Shown one piece after another: positions 1-12,191 of a stretch of DNA of 64,000 bases. Under the pieces are notes generated by a model. That model did not search any database. It saw nothing but the letters and a program-made list of their open reading frames with translations, and had not been told where the DNA came from. This DNA comes from an uncultured Fibrobacteria bacterium. Lineage in GTDB: Bacteria > Fibrobacterota > Fibrobacteria > UBA11236. The stretch covers positions 608,001 through 672,000 of the forward strand of contig OY970309.1 in the NCBI GenBank assembly GCA_963716395.1. The letters are read 5' to 3'. A program made the translations under genes and the position numbers. Each line of letters begins with the position of its first letter. Positions within the stretch are counted from its first letter, which is position 1.

Positions 1-1408
1 CGGAAGCGACGGGCTCGGCGGGTGGCCGCTGTATTTGCGGTTCGGCAGGGCGCACCGGATGGATCTTGATGGGCCGATGGATCGGACGTTCGGCGGCCAG
101 CGGTTCGGGCCTGGCCTCCGGCTTCGGAGGCTCTTCCGGAACCTCCAAGGGATTCGGGGCGGCCGGAACGGTCGGTTTGGCCGCAACCATGGGAGGCTTC
201 GCGGAAACCGCCGTAGACTTGGGAGCCGAAACGATGAGGGCGGGCGTTACGCCGAACTTGATCCAGAGCAGGACGCCGGCCAAGACCAAAATGGCGATGG
301 TTAACAAGGCTCCGACCCAGACCAGCGGAGAGCGCGATGAGGGGCCCATGGCCCCGGTGGTGGGATGGCCCGAATAGGTGTTCACGCCTCCGGAAGCCGC
401 CCCCATTCCCGAACCCGGAGGGGTTTTGGCCGACAGCACGAATCCGCTGCGGCCGCGCGCGCCGGAAGCCGGCTGGGAGCCGGGCCGGGAAAACTTCGAC
501 GAACCCATGCCTTTGGGTTCCACCATGGTGCGGCCATTTTGCAGACCCATTTGGCCGATGAAATTTCGGGTATGTTCGACGATGTCGACGATGCCCCGGC
601 TGTTCAACCATGCGCGCAATTGGTTGGCCAGCCAGCGCGCGCCGTCGGCCCGCGCCTCCGGGGTCTTTTGCAGCATGGCGTCGATCACATCCGCCAAAAA
701 AGGATCGGCGCCGGGATTTTGCTCCCGCACCGGAGGATGCGGGCGATCACAGATATTGCGCATGGTGACCGGAATCGAAGGCCCGGTAAAAGGCAGCTTG
801 CCGGTCAGGCAGTAATAAAACACGCCGCCCAGGGAAAACAAATCGGTTTTATGCGTGGGCTTGACGCCTTCGATCTGTTCGGGCGACATAAAATTCGGCG
901 AACCCAGCACGGCACCGGTTTGGGTGCGCGATTGCTCGTCGGCAATGTGGGCGATCCCGAAATCGGCGATTTTCAGAATGCCTTCGGAGTTGAACAAAAG
1001 GTTTTCCGGCTTGATGTCGCGATGCACCACGCCGTGTTTTTCCGCCGAGGTCAGTCCCTCGGCCGCCTGGCAAATGACGGCCGCGGCCACGGTGTCGGGC
1101 ATGGGTTGTCCGGCCATGGCGGTGCACAGCATTTGCAGGCTTTGCCCGTCGATGTATTCCATGACCAGGAATTGCTGATCGTCCTGAACGCCGAAGTCGA
1201 AAATCTCGACGATGTTGACGTGGCGCAGGGCCGCGATGGTCTTGGCTTCGACCGTGAAGCGTTCGATGAGACTGGTGTTGGAACTGAGATGGGACTGAAT
1301 AACCTTGATGGCCACCAGCCGATTGAGCAATGGATCTTCGCCCAGGTACACCGTGGCCATGCCACCCTGGCCCAATTGACTGAGAATCCGGTAGCGGCCG
1401 AACTCCAT
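1..1408 (-). CDS. Hanks-type Ser/Thr protein kinase (PknB-like), 3' end runs off the window
   Basis: Manual translation from the ATG at 1408 (GAGGTG RBS upstream) gives MEFGRYRILSQLGQGGMATVY..VAIK..HRDIKPENLL..KIADFGIAH, followed by a Pro-rich region and a hydrophobic segment. It is absent from the ORF track because there is no stop in the window. Confidence 0.93.
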   Translation of the reverse strand, partial: MEFGRYRILSQLGQGGMATVYLGEDPLLNRLVAIKVIQSHLSSNTSLIERFTVEAKTIAALRHVNIVEIFDFGVQDDQQFLVMEYIDGQSLQMLCTAMAGQPMPDTVAAAVICQAAEGLTSAEKHGVVHRDIKPENLLFNSEGILKIADFGIAHIADEQSRTQTGAVLGSPNFMSPEQIEGVKPTHKTDLFSLGGVFYYCLTGKLPFTGPSIPVTMRNICDRPHPPVREQNPGADPFLADVIDAMLQKTPEARADGARWLANQLRAWLNSRGIVDIVEHTRNFIGQMGLQNGRTMVEPKGMGSSKFSRPGSQPASGARGRSGFVLSAKTPPGSGMGAASGGVNTYSGHPTTGAMGPSSRSPLVWVGALLTIAILVLAGVLLWIKFGVTPALIVSAPKSTAVSAKPPMVAAKPTVPAAPNPLEVPEEPPKPEARPEPLAAERPIHRPIKIHPVRPAEPQIQRPPAEPVAS

Positions 1409-1590
1409 GCTTTGCACCTCGACTTCCCGCGCTGGCGCACTCCCGCGGGACTTGACACCCAATTTCAAAAACTTAGAAAAGTGATGCCTAACCCGAATTT
1501 TCCCCTTTTCGGGGATCGAAAGCCCGCTACTTCGCACCCCAAAACCAGCCGGCGCGGCCTAATTCTCAAATGTCCAAGATTCGAGGCCTT

Positions 1591-2433
1591 TCAGGCCAGG
1601 GCTTTTTGCATGCGGGTCATGGCGATGGCTTCGTGGGCGGCTTCGAGCGATTGGGCCGCCCGCCCGCGCACCCCCCATTGCGCCGGCAGGGTGCTTTTGT
1701 ACAGCGCCAGGGTTTTGGCGCCCAGCACGGCCGCCAGGTGGCTCGGTCCGCTGTCGTTGCCGATGAACAAGGCGGCCGGACCGGCCAGCTTGGCCAAATC
1801 CGATACCGTCGCGGGCTCCTCCACCGGAAAGCGGTTTTGGAAGTACCGCCGGAGCGTCTCTTCTTGCGGACCGAGCACGATGCGGGTGTCGGGGTAGCGG
1901 CGCGCCTTCAACTCGTTTCCCAGAAAGGCGTAGAACTCCGGATCGAAGCGCTTGCTGTCCGATCCGGCTCCGGGATGGATCAACGCGTAACTTGCGCGTT
2001 CCGTCGACAGGGGGAGATACGGCTCGGGATCGGGTATCACGGGAAGCGAGAAATAGGCCAGGCTCTGCAGGTGATAATCCATGACGTGATCGTTGTTGCC
2101 GGGAAAGGGCGGATGCAGCCGCACCGGCCCTGCGCATTGGGGTTCGAGCAAGGCGCGCACCTTGGGGTCATCTTCCATCCACAGCAGGGCCGACTCGGTT
2201 TCGGCCAGGGCTTGGGGCAGCGCTTCTCCGGAAAAAAACGGGAGCAGTTCGGCCGCTTCGCAGTCAAGCCAGGAGTCGACCAACCCCATTTCCCGGGCCA
2301 ACCGCATGTGCTCCGGTTTGCCCACGCCGAGGAAATGGTGCTCCGAATATTTCCAGCGTAGATGGATGAGGGCGGGCCAGGTCAGTACGAAGTCGCCCAG
2401 GGCGCCGCGATGGGAGAAGAGGAAAACCTTCAT
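1591..2433 (-). CDS. Glycosyltransferase family 9 (heptosyltransferase-like)
   Basis: GALGD, IHPGAG and FIGNDSGPSHLAA motifs. The ATG overlaps the upstream TGA (ATGA). Confidence 0.88.
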   Translation of the reverse strand: MKVFLFSHRGALGDFVLTWPALIHLRWKYSEHHFLGVGKPEHMRLAREMGLVDSWLDCEAAELLPFFSGEALPQALAETESALLWMEDDPKVRALLEPQCAGPVRLHPPFPGNNDHVMDYHLQSLAYFSLPVIPDPEPYLPLSTERASYALIHPGAGSDSKRFDPEFYAFLGNELKARRYPDTRIVLGPQEETLRRYFQNRFPVEEPATVSDLAKLAGPAALFIGNDSGPSHLAAVLGAKTLALYKSTLPAQWGVRGRAAQSLEAAHEAIAMTRMQKALA

Positions 2434-3593
2434 CGCCAGGGACTGGGATTGGGGCGCCAACGCGGATTTTTGGAAGACATGTCCACCGAATAGAAATCAC
2501 GGTCGAATTTGGCGGCGTTCTGTCCCAGATGCCGCAGGAGAAAGCGCGCAATCCACTTCTCGATTTTCAGCACCACCATTTTTTTCCGCAGGCGCCCCTG
2601 GCTGTCGCGATTCAACACCGAAGGAATGGTGTTGAAGGTCAGGATTTCGTCGAGCTGCTTGGAATTCAGATTTTCCCGGCCTTCGGGCGACGAATAGAAA
2701 TGCGTGACGCCGAAGCAAATTTTGTGCGGCCGGCCCGAGCGCAACAGCTTGCAGCACTCGATGATGGTCGACCCGGTGCGCACCATGTCGTCGAGCACGA
2801 GAACGTCCTTGCCCTCCAAATCCGCGAGGCTGACGTCCGACAGCGGGCTCAGGCTCATGCTGACCTGGCGCTCGCTGCTGCGCTGCTTTTCCATCACTAG
2901 GCGGGCCACCTTGGAGAGCCCCAAGGATTCATGCACCAGGTTGACGAAGGGCATGGCCCCCATGTCGGGCGCGCACAAAACCAGGTTGTCGCCGTCTTTG
3001 CCGGTGACCACCATGTCGGAGTATTTCACGTAGTCGGCGTACACTTCGTCGGGAATGAGGTTGTAGAATTCGCCGCCGAAAGTCCGGCTGAACAGCTTCT
3101 GCACCTTACCGCTGTGGTTGTGCACGGTGATGACCGCGTCGACGCCGGCGGTCTTGAGCAGTTCGGCGTACAGCCTGGCGGTAAACGGCTGGCCGTCGAA
3201 TTTTTTCAAATCCTGAATGGGCCGGCCCTCTTCGTCTTCGCCGCGATGCGGTCCGCGATCCTGCGCCGAGAAGAACAAATCCGGTTCGACCAGAATCACC
3301 TTGCGCGCCCCGTTGTCCTTGGCGGCGCGCGCCAGCAGCAAGGTGCGGAAGGTCAGCGACCCGCGCGTATGGTTGCTGGCGGCCGAACAAATCACCACGG
3401 CCTTGCCCTCAAGCGAGCGGCCGATATGTTCCAAATCGTTTTCGTCGCTGATGTAGCGGGGGCAGAATTCGGTGTTGGCGTAGGTCTTGAGCGAGATCAG
3501 GTCGGCGATGTCTTCGGCCTGGCCGCACATGTGGCCCATGTCGATGGCGAAGGGATCGTCGGAAACGGTGGAGATGATGATGGCGTCGCGCAT
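2430..3593 (-). CDS. prs: Ribose-phosphate pyrophosphokinase-like protein (divergent)
   Basis: SAQDR, APDMG, VLVLDDMVRTGST (PRPP-binding loop) and NTIP motifs. Start taken at MRDAII. Confidence 0.8.
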   Translation of the reverse strand: MRDAIIISTVSDDPFAIDMGHMCGQAEDIADLISLKTYANTEFCPRYISDENDLEHIGRSLEGKAVVICSAASNHTRGSLTFRTLLLARAAKDNGARKVILVEPDLFFSAQDRGPHRGEDEEGRPIQDLKKFDGQPFTARLYAELLKTAGVDAVITVHNHSGKVQKLFSRTFGGEFYNLIPDEVYADYVKYSDMVVTGKDGDNLVLCAPDMGAMPFVNLVHESLGLSKVARLVMEKQRSSERQVSMSLSPLSDVSLADLEGKDVLVLDDMVRTGSTIIECCKLLRSGRPHKICFGVTHFYSSPEGRENLNSKQLDEILTFNTIPSVLNRDSQGRLRKKMVVLKIEKWIARFLLRHLGQNAAKFDRDFYSVDMSSKNPRWRPNPSPWR

Positions 3594-3618
3594 GGGGATC
3601 GGCCGGCCCGGTGGCATC

Positions 3619-6126
<2,508 letters not shown>

Positions 6127-6249
6127 GGGGAGCACCTGCAATTTCTGGACAATGTCCAATCATAACAAAATTCGCTTTTTACTTGCCGCAAGCCGCCACG
6201 GACCGTTTTATATATTCCCTCTTTCAAACCTCATCGAAAGGATGCAACC

Positions 6250-6837
6250 ATGGCAGTTCTGGTTGGTAAAGAAGCTCCCGATTTCACCGAAGACGCGGCC
6301 GTAGGCCAGACTTCGCAAAAGATCACCCTCTCGTCGTACCGCGGACAGAAATACGTGGTCTTGTTTTTCTACCCCCTCGATTTCACCTTCGTATGCCCCA
6401 CCGAAATCCTCGCCTTTCAGGAATCGCTGAAGGAGTTCGAAAGCCGCAACGCGGTGGTGCTCGGCTGTTCCATCGATTCCAAGTTTTCGCATATGGCGTG
6501 GCTGCGCACCGCGAAAAACGACGGCGGCATCCAGGGTGTGACCTATCCCATCATCTCCGACATCAACAAAAAAGTTTCGCGCGCTTTCGACGTGCTCGAT
6601 GAAGGCGCCGGCATCACTTACCGCGCCTCCTTCGTCATCGACAAGAAGGGGTTCGTCCAGGCCCAGGTCGTGCACAACCGCGACATCGGCCGCAATGTCG
6701 AGGAAGTGATCCGCTTGCTCGACGCGCTGCAATTCAGCGAAGAGCACGGCGAAGTGTGCCCGGCCAACTGGACCAAGGGCAAAAAAGCCATGAAAGCCAC
6801 CCGCGAGGGCGTGACCGGATACTTGGGCGGCAAGTAG
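6250..6837 (+). CDS. ahpC: 2-Cys peroxiredoxin
   Basis: FYPLDFTFVCPTE and GEVCPANW motifs. Confidence 0.96.
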   Translation: MAVLVGKEAPDFTEDAAVGQTSQKITLSSYRGQKYVVLFFYPLDFTFVCPTEILAFQESLKEFESRNAVVLGCSIDSKFSHMAWLRTAKNDGGIQGVTYPIISDINKKVSRAFDVLDEGAGITYRASFVIDKKGFVQAQVVHNRDIGRNVEEVIRLLDALQFSEEHGEVCPANWTKGKKAMKATREGVTGYLGGK

Positions 6838-6858
6838 TCGATTTAAAATCCGCAGGCC

Positions 6859-6888
6859 AAAAGCCCGTCCGATGGACGGGCTTTTTTT
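6859..6888 (+). terminator. Rho-independent terminator after ahpC
   Basis: AAAAGCCCGTCC-GAT-GGACGGGCTTTT stem-loop followed by a T run. Confidence 0.85.
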
Positions 6889-6909
6889 GTGTCTGCCGTT
6901 ACACACTTA

Positions 6910-6954
6910 GGGGCCGTTAAGAAATAACGGCGTTATTCCGAGGGGGAAGAGTCG
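6910..6954. mobile_element. Truncated left end of the MITE family seen intact at 45848-46037
   Basis: TTA|GGGGCCGTTAAGAAATAACGGCGTTATTCCGAGGGGGAAGAGTCG aligns with TTA|GGGTCCGTTAAGAAATCACTGCGTTACACCGAGGGCGAAG..AGTCG. Confidence 0.7.
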
Positions 6955-7079
6955 ACAGCATCCCGCATTACACCGATCTGGCAAGAGTATTCACATCGAT
7001 GCCCGAGGTGGCGGAATTGTTCCAGGGTTATATGGAATTGGTGCAGGGCGGGCACCGGGAGATTTTCAAAATCGAGTAG
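6951..7079 (+). pseudogene. C-terminal remnant of a small protein (possibly NIPSNAP/dimeric alpha-beta barrel-like)
   Basis: The frame reads VDSIPHYTDLARVFTSMPEVAELFQGYMELVQGGHREIFKIE* with coding-like codon usage. Its 5' part is replaced by the MITE end. Confidence 0.45.
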
Positions 7080-7091
7080 CCCGCGCGGCCC

Positions 7092-7931
7092 TTAAATCCG
7101 TACGCTGTCGATGGTGGTGAGCACGATGCCTTTGCAGCCCAAGGCGGCGAGGGCATCCAGGATTTTCTGGGCCTCGCGTTTGCGAATCATGGATTTCACG
7201 GAGAACCACCCGTCTTTGGCCAGCGACGTGATGGTGGGCGATTCGATGCCGGGAGTGATGGCGCAGGCCGGCTTCAACGTGGCTGCAGTCGCGTCGTATT
7301 CCACCATCATGTATTCCAGGGCCAGGATTTTGCCTTCGACCCGGCTTTTGAGTACCAACAACTCTTCCTGCGTCTCGCGGCCCGGATGCGCAAACAGCGC
7401 GGCGCGTGATTCGAACAGGGGCGCGCCCAGAATGCGCAGGCCGGCCTGCGCCAAGGTGGTTCCGGTTTCGACGATGTCGACCACGGCGTCGGCGATGCCG
7501 AGCTTCACCGAAATTTCCACCGCGCCTTCGAGTTCGACGATTTGCCCGTGGCCGCCGAAGTGATTCTTCACGATGACGGGAAACGAGGTGGCGATGCGCA
7601 CCGCCGCCAACTGTTGCAAGTCGCGTAAATTGCTGGCCTCGGGAACGGCCGCGCACAGCTTCGACGCACCGTAATTGAGATCCAGCAGCCGCGCCGGCTG
7701 CACGCCCTTTTCGGCCACGAAGTCTCTGCCCGTGATGCCCGCGTCGAGAATGCCGTTGGCCACGTAGATGGGAATATCACCCGGACGCAGAAAAAAGAAT
7801 TCCACCCCGTTTTCGGTATCAAGGGTGCTCAGGCTACGCAGCGATTTGCGCACCTGGTAGCCGCAGGCGGCCAGAATATCCATGGTGGGCTCGAAAAGCT
7901 GCCCTTTGTTTGGAATCGCAACCTTAATCAT
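7092..7931 (-). CDS. hisG: ATP phosphoribosyltransferase (long form)
   Basis: AIPNKG, RPGDIP, IATSFP, GAVE and DIVETGTTL motifs plus the C-terminal regulatory domain (PGIESPT). Confidence 0.96.
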   Translation of the reverse strand: MIKVAIPNKGQLFEPTMDILAACGYQVRKSLRSLSTLDTENGVEFFFLRPGDIPIYVANGILDAGITGRDFVAEKGVQPARLLDLNYGASKLCAAVPEASNLRDLQQLAAVRIATSFPVIVKNHFGGHGQIVELEGAVEISVKLGIADAVVDIVETGTTLAQAGLRILGAPLFESRAALFAHPGRETQEELLVLKSRVEGKILALEYMMVEYDATAATLKPACAITPGIESPTITSLAKDGWFSVKSMIRKREAQKILDALAALGCKGIVLTTIDSVRI

Positions 7932-8188
7932 AATTTAGTGTACACGTCTTCCGGGAAAATCCCCTTTTCGGCCAGCATGCAGGCCACGTAATAAAGTACC
8001 TGCGACAGTTCCAGCGTCTGGGCTTCGCGCGACTCGAAGCGCGCCGCCATCCAGGCTTCGGCGGCTTCTTCGAGCAGCTTTTTGCCGATGCCGTCCACGC
8101 CTTTTTGAAACAGGGCCGTGGTGGATTTGCCCGCGGGCATTTCGACCTTGCGCTGCCGCGCCAAGGCGCACATTTCCTCAAAGGTCAT
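7928..8188 (-). CDS. hisE: Phosphoribosyl-ATP diphosphatase
   Basis: KKLLEEAAEAWMAA..E..ELSQVLYY motif. The gene overlaps the hisG start. Confidence 0.92.
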   Translation of the reverse strand: MTFEEMCALARQRKVEMPAGKSTTALFQKGVDGIGKKLLEEAAEAWMAARFESREAQTLELSQVLYYVACMLAEKGIFPEDVYTKL

Positions 8189-8193
8189 AGCCG

Positions 8194-8579
8194 CTATTTT
8201 CGTTTTTTCGTTTTTTCACAGTAACGCACCCCGTCCATACCTTTGAAGTCGTCGTCCTGCGTCCACAATGTAGCCCGGAAATCCGGGCCGTGGCCAAAAT
8301 CACGCTGTCGGCCAGGGCCAGCCGCAGCCTGACCCCGAGATTCGCCGCTTCGATAGCCTCGGTTTCGTCCAACTCCCCGATCTTCCCCATCCGCATCTGA
8401 GCGGCGGCCCGCAAAGTCTGCATTTCGTCCCGTTGGCGCAGGATAATCTTGAAGACTTCCAGCAACGCGATCGAGGGAACGATCAACCGCGGCGAGTCTT
8501 CGATAGCCGAGGCGAAAAAGCCGGCGTTGGGGGCGGCGGCGAAATACTCCAGCCAGCCGGAGGAGTCCACCAAATTCAC
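8194..8579 (-). pseudogene. vapC: VapC/PIN-domain toxin, frameshifted near 8275
   Basis: MNLVDSSGWLEYF..LADSVILATAR lies in one frame, and the conserved tail ATLWTQDDDFKGMDGVRY lies in another. One G appears to be missing from a G run. Confidence 0.8.
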
Positions 8580-8782
8580 AGTCGATCGACTTCCCGGGGC
8601 ACATCGGTATCGATGCCGCGCACGAATCCCCGCATTTCTTTCATGGGCCGGATGGGAACGATTTCAATCCGGCCGTCGAACTGGAACACCTGCACCTTGG
8701 CACCGGGTTTCAATCCCATGCTTTCGCGCACTTCTTTCGGAATGACGACTTGGTATTTGGGAGAAATGGTGAGAGGGGACAT
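8576..8782 (-). CDS. AbrB/MazE/SpoVT-family antitoxin
   Basis: TISPKYQVVIPKEVRESMGLKPG motif. The stop overlaps the toxin start. Confidence 0.92.
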   Translation of the reverse strand: MSPLTISPKYQVVIPKEVRESMGLKPGAKVQVFQFDGRIEIVPIRPMKEMRGFVRGIDTDVPREVDRL

Positions 8783-8812
8783 CGAAGCTCCTATCGATCT
8801 CGATTTGGTTTT

Positions 8813-8841
8813 ACAGTAACCGGTTCGATACCCCTTGTCAA
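8813..8841 (-). promoter_or_regulatory. Sigma70-type promoter of the TA operon
   Basis: TTGACA-17 nt-TACTGT on the minus strand, with TCGAT/ATCGA repeats nearby as a possible operator. Confidence 0.65.
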
Positions 8842-8875
8842 GCGCCGGATTCTCCGCGTCACCCTGCCGAACCCT

Positions 8876-9307
8876 TCAGACGACGCTGCTGCAAAATGCG
8901 CAGCGCCTGGCCAAGGCCGGAATATGCGACAGGCATTCCGGGCAGTCTTTTAACGCGGGAGGCGGCGGCGCGGGAACCGGCTTCTTCAGCCGGTTCACCC
9001 AGCGGATCAGGATGAACAAGGCAAAGGCCACCATCACAAAATCGATGACGTTGTTGATGAACATGCCGTAATTGAGGGTGGCCGCACCTGCCGCCTTGGC
9101 CGCGGCCAAGCTCGGGTATTGTTTTTCCGAAAGGCTCAGGAACAGGTTGGAAAAATCCACCTTGCCGATGAGCAGTCCCAGCGGCGGCATCAGAATGTCG
9201 CTGACCAGGGAAGAGACGATTTTTCCGAAAGCGGCGCCGATGATGATGCCGACGCCCATGTCGATCACATTGCCCTTAAGAGCGAACTCCTTGAACTCCT
9301 TCAGCAT
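8876..9307 (-). CDS. mscL: Large-conductance mechanosensitive channel with C-terminal Zn-ribbon-like tail
   Basis: [24 protein letters not shown] motif and a C-terminal CPEC..CAFC. Confidence 0.96.
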   Translation of the reverse strand: MLKEFKEFALKGNVIDMGVGIIIGAAFGKIVSSLVSDILMPPLGLLIGKVDFSNLFLSLSEKQYPSLAAAKAAGAATLNYGMFINNVIDFVMVAFALFILIRWVNRLKKPVPAPPPPALKDCPECLSHIPALARRCAFCSSVV

Positions 9308-9322
9308 CGCAACCTCCTTGCT

Positions 9323-10171
9323 TTAAAGGGTCAGGAATGAAACCGAAATCGCCAAGCTCTCTTTGATTTGCCGGCTCAACGACAAGGTTTTGTCATAGAG
9401 CATTTCATAGTCGAAATCCGCACTGATATATTTGTTCACCTTGGCGGTGACCTGGTTTTGCCAGCGTCCGTAGATGGCGTCAACGCCCTTGAAGTTGACA
9501 AAGACGTCGAGCGCGGTTTTGAGCAGAATGTTTTCCATCAAACCTTGCTTGGCGGCCACATTCAGACTGACGCCCGGTTCGATCTTGTAGGTTTCGATTT
9601 GCGGCGTGCTGGGATCGTCGGCGTATCCGTAGCGCGCCGCGCTGAAGGTTTCTTTCAAAGTTCCACCCAACCTCAGTTTCAAGGCATTCTGCCAATTGCG
9701 GCCCATGCCCAAAGTCTGGGTGATATAGGTGGGATCGAAAATGCCGGCGATGCGCTGTCGGGTCATGTTGGTGTCGTTGTAGAGATAGCCGGGCGCGAAT
9801 TGCGACTGCAGCGCGGAAGCCGCGAAGGGGTTAACCCATACTCCGATTTTGCGGGTGTAGATGGTTTCCAAATCCAATTCATCGGCGGAAGCGCGCGAGG
9901 ACAGCCCGTCCAATTGGGATTGGCCGTATTCGGCCTTGCCTTTGGATTCCCAACTGTCATGGGGCCTTTCGAGCGTGAAATCGCCGTCGAGATGGATGCC
10001 CCAATTGAAAGCGTCGACTCCGCCCTGAGCCCAATTATCGAAATAGATCTGGGACAGGCTGAATTCGCCGTTCGCCGATCGTTTCCACCCGAACGCGGTG
10101 TCGGTGGCGTCGGCTGCCGATACGAGGGTTGCGGACGCCAACAGAGCCAAGCAGACGTATGCTAACTTCAT
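9323..10171 (-). CDS. DUF3078-like outer-membrane beta-barrel protein
   Basis: Signal peptide, SQIYFDNWAQGG motif and amphipathic strands. Confidence 0.75.
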   Translation of the reverse strand: MKLAYVCLALLASATLVSAADATDTAFGWKRSANGEFSLSQIYFDNWAQGGVDAFNWGIHLDGDFTLERPHDSWESKGKAEYGQSQLDGLSSRASADELDLETIYTRKIGVWVNPFAASALQSQFAPGYLYNDTNMTRQRIAGIFDPTYITQTLGMGRNWQNALKLRLGGTLKETFSAARYGYADDPSTPQIETYKIEPGVSLNVAAKQGLMENILLKTALDVFVNFKGVDAIYGRWQNQVTAKVNKYISADFDYEMLYDKTLSLSRQIKESLAISVSFLTL

Positions 10172-10210
10172 GCTTTTCCTTTGCTAAAATCCGGCGCCCC
10201 GCCGGGTGGT

Positions 10211-12169
10211 TCACTCTTCTTCTTGTTGTCGCAGACGCGCCAACACGTTCAGATCTTCCAGGGTCGTCATGTCGCCCTGTGACTCGACGCCGTTGGCCAC
10301 GTCGCGCAAAAGGCGGCGCATGATTTTGCCGGAACGTGTCTTGGGCAACGCTTCGGTGAAATGCACCTGATCGGGAACGGCCAAGGCGCCGATCATGTTG
10401 CGCACATGTTTCTGCAGGGCTTTGACCATGTCCGGCCCCTTGACTTCGCCCGGCCCCAAGGTCACGAAAGCGGCCACGCCCTCGCCTTTGACCTCGTGCT
10501 GGAAACCCACCACCGCGGCTTCGACCACGGCCGCATGCGCCACCAAGGCGCTCTCGACCTCCATGGTAGAAAGACGATGTCCCGATACGTTAAGCACATC
10601 GTCGATGCGTCCCAGAATCCAGAAATAGCCTTCGTCGTCGCATACGGCGCCGTCGCCCGCCAAGTAATAACCCTTGTGCGCGAAGCGGCTCCAATACACT
10701 TCGCGGTAACGCGCATCATCACCCCACAGGGTGCGCAGCATCGAGGGCCAAGGCTTGCGGATGACGAGAAAGCCGCCTTGCCCGGCCGGCAATTCTTCGC
10801 CTTTGTCGTTGACCACGGCCGCATCGACGCCGAAAAAAGGCAAAGTGGCCGAACCCGGTTTGGTGGGAATGGCGCCCGGCAGCGGCGTAATCATGATCCC
10901 GCCGGTTTCGGTTTGCCACCAGGTGTCGACGATGGGGCAGCGCCCGCCACCGATGATTTCATGGTACCAAATCCACGCTTCGGGGTTGATGGGTTCGCCC
11001 ACCGAGCCCAGCAGGCGCAGCGATCCGAGGTCATGCTTTTTGGGCGCTTCGTCACCCCATTTCATGAAGGAGCGGATGGCGGTGGGCGCCGTGTAGAACA
11101 CATTCACCCGGTAGCGCTCCACAATGCTCCAGAAGCGATCGACATCGGGAAAATTGGGCGCGCCTTCATACATCAGCGACGTGGCGCCGTTGCACAGCGG
11201 CCCGTACACCACATAGCTGTGGCCCGTCACCCAGCCGATGTCGGCCGTGCACCAATACGTGTCCTCCTCTTTGATATCGAAGACGTGCTTGGTGGTCAGG
11301 TACGCGCCCACCATATAGCCGCCGGTGGTGTGCAGAATGCCTTTGGGTTTGCCCGTGCTGCCCGAGGTGTAGAGGATATACAACGGATGCTCGGCGTCGA
11401 GTTCGGCGGCGGGGCAATGGTCGGAGGCCTTGGCCATGAGTTCATGCCACCAGGCGTCGCGCCCCGGCTCCATGGCGACCGCATTGCCGGTGCGTTGCAG
11501 CACGATACAGCTCTCGACGGTCTCGGTGCTCTTGAGCGCTTCGTCGACGGTGGGCTTAAGGGCCAGCACCTGGCCGCGGCGCCAGCCGCCGTCGGCGGTC
11601 ACCACCACCTTGCAGGCCGCGTCGCGAATGCGATCGACCAAAGCCGGCGCGCTGAACCCGCCGAAAATGATGGAGTGAATGGCGCCGATGCGGGCGCAGG
11701 CCAGCATGGCGATAGCCAATTCCGGCACCAGCGGCATATAGATGGCGACGGTGTCGCCGGCGCCTACGCCTTGCGCCTTCAGCACGTTGGCGAACTTGCA
11801 CACCTCGCGGTGCAATTCGAGATAGGTCAGCACGCGGCGGTCGCCGGGTTCGCCCTCCCAAAGAATCGCGGCCTTGTTCTTGCGAAAGGTGTGCAAGTGG
11901 CGGTCGAGGCAGTTGAAAGACATATTGGTTTTGCCGCCTTCGAACCACTTGGCAAAGGGCGGATTTTCCCAATTGAGCACGCGATCCCATGGGCGGAACC
12001 AATGCAACTCATTCGCTACCCGGCCCCAGAACGCCTCGGGGTGCTCCAAAGACTCGCGGTGCAAGCGACGATATTCTTCCAGCGATTGAATTGAAGCCTC
12101 GGACGTGAAAGCTGCCGGCGGGTGAAACTTGCGGGATTCGTGCAAAATGCTGTCGATATTGGAAGACAT
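10211..12169 (-). CDS. acs: Acetate--CoA ligase
   Basis: [21 protein letters not shown] and [12 protein letters not shown] motifs. Confidence 0.97.
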   Translation of the reverse strand: MSSNIDSILHESRKFHPPAAFTSEASIQSLEEYRRLHRESLEHPEAFWGRVANELHWFRPWDRVLNWENPPFAKWFEGGKTNMSFNCLDRHLHTFRKNKAAILWEGEPGDRRVLTYLELHREVCKFANVLKAQGVGAGDTVAIYMPLVPELAIAMLACARIGAIHSIIFGGFSAPALVDRIRDAACKVVVTADGGWRRGQVLALKPTVDEALKSTETVESCIVLQRTGNAVAMEPGRDAWWHELMAKASDHCPAAELDAEHPLYILYTSGSTGKPKGILHTTGGYMVGAYLTTKHVFDIKEEDTYWCTADIGWVTGHSYVVYGPLCNGATSLMYEGAPNFPDVDRFWSIVERYRVNVFYTAPTAIRSFMKWGDEAPKKHDLGSLRLLGSVGEPINPEAWIWYHEIIGGGRCPIVDTWWQTETGGIMITPLPGAIPTKPGSATLPFFGVDAAVVNDKGEELPAGQGGFLVIRKPWPSMLRTLWGDDARYREVYWSRFAHKGYYLAGDGAVCDDEGYFWILGRIDDVLNVSGHRLSTMEVESALVAHAAVVEAAVVGFQHEVKGEGVAAFVTLGPGEVKGPDMVKALQKHVRNMIGALAVPDQVHFTEALPKTRSGKIMRRLLRDVANGVESQGDMTTLEDLNVLARLRQQEEE

Positions 12170-12191
12170 CCTTCACCTCCTCAAGCGTGGG

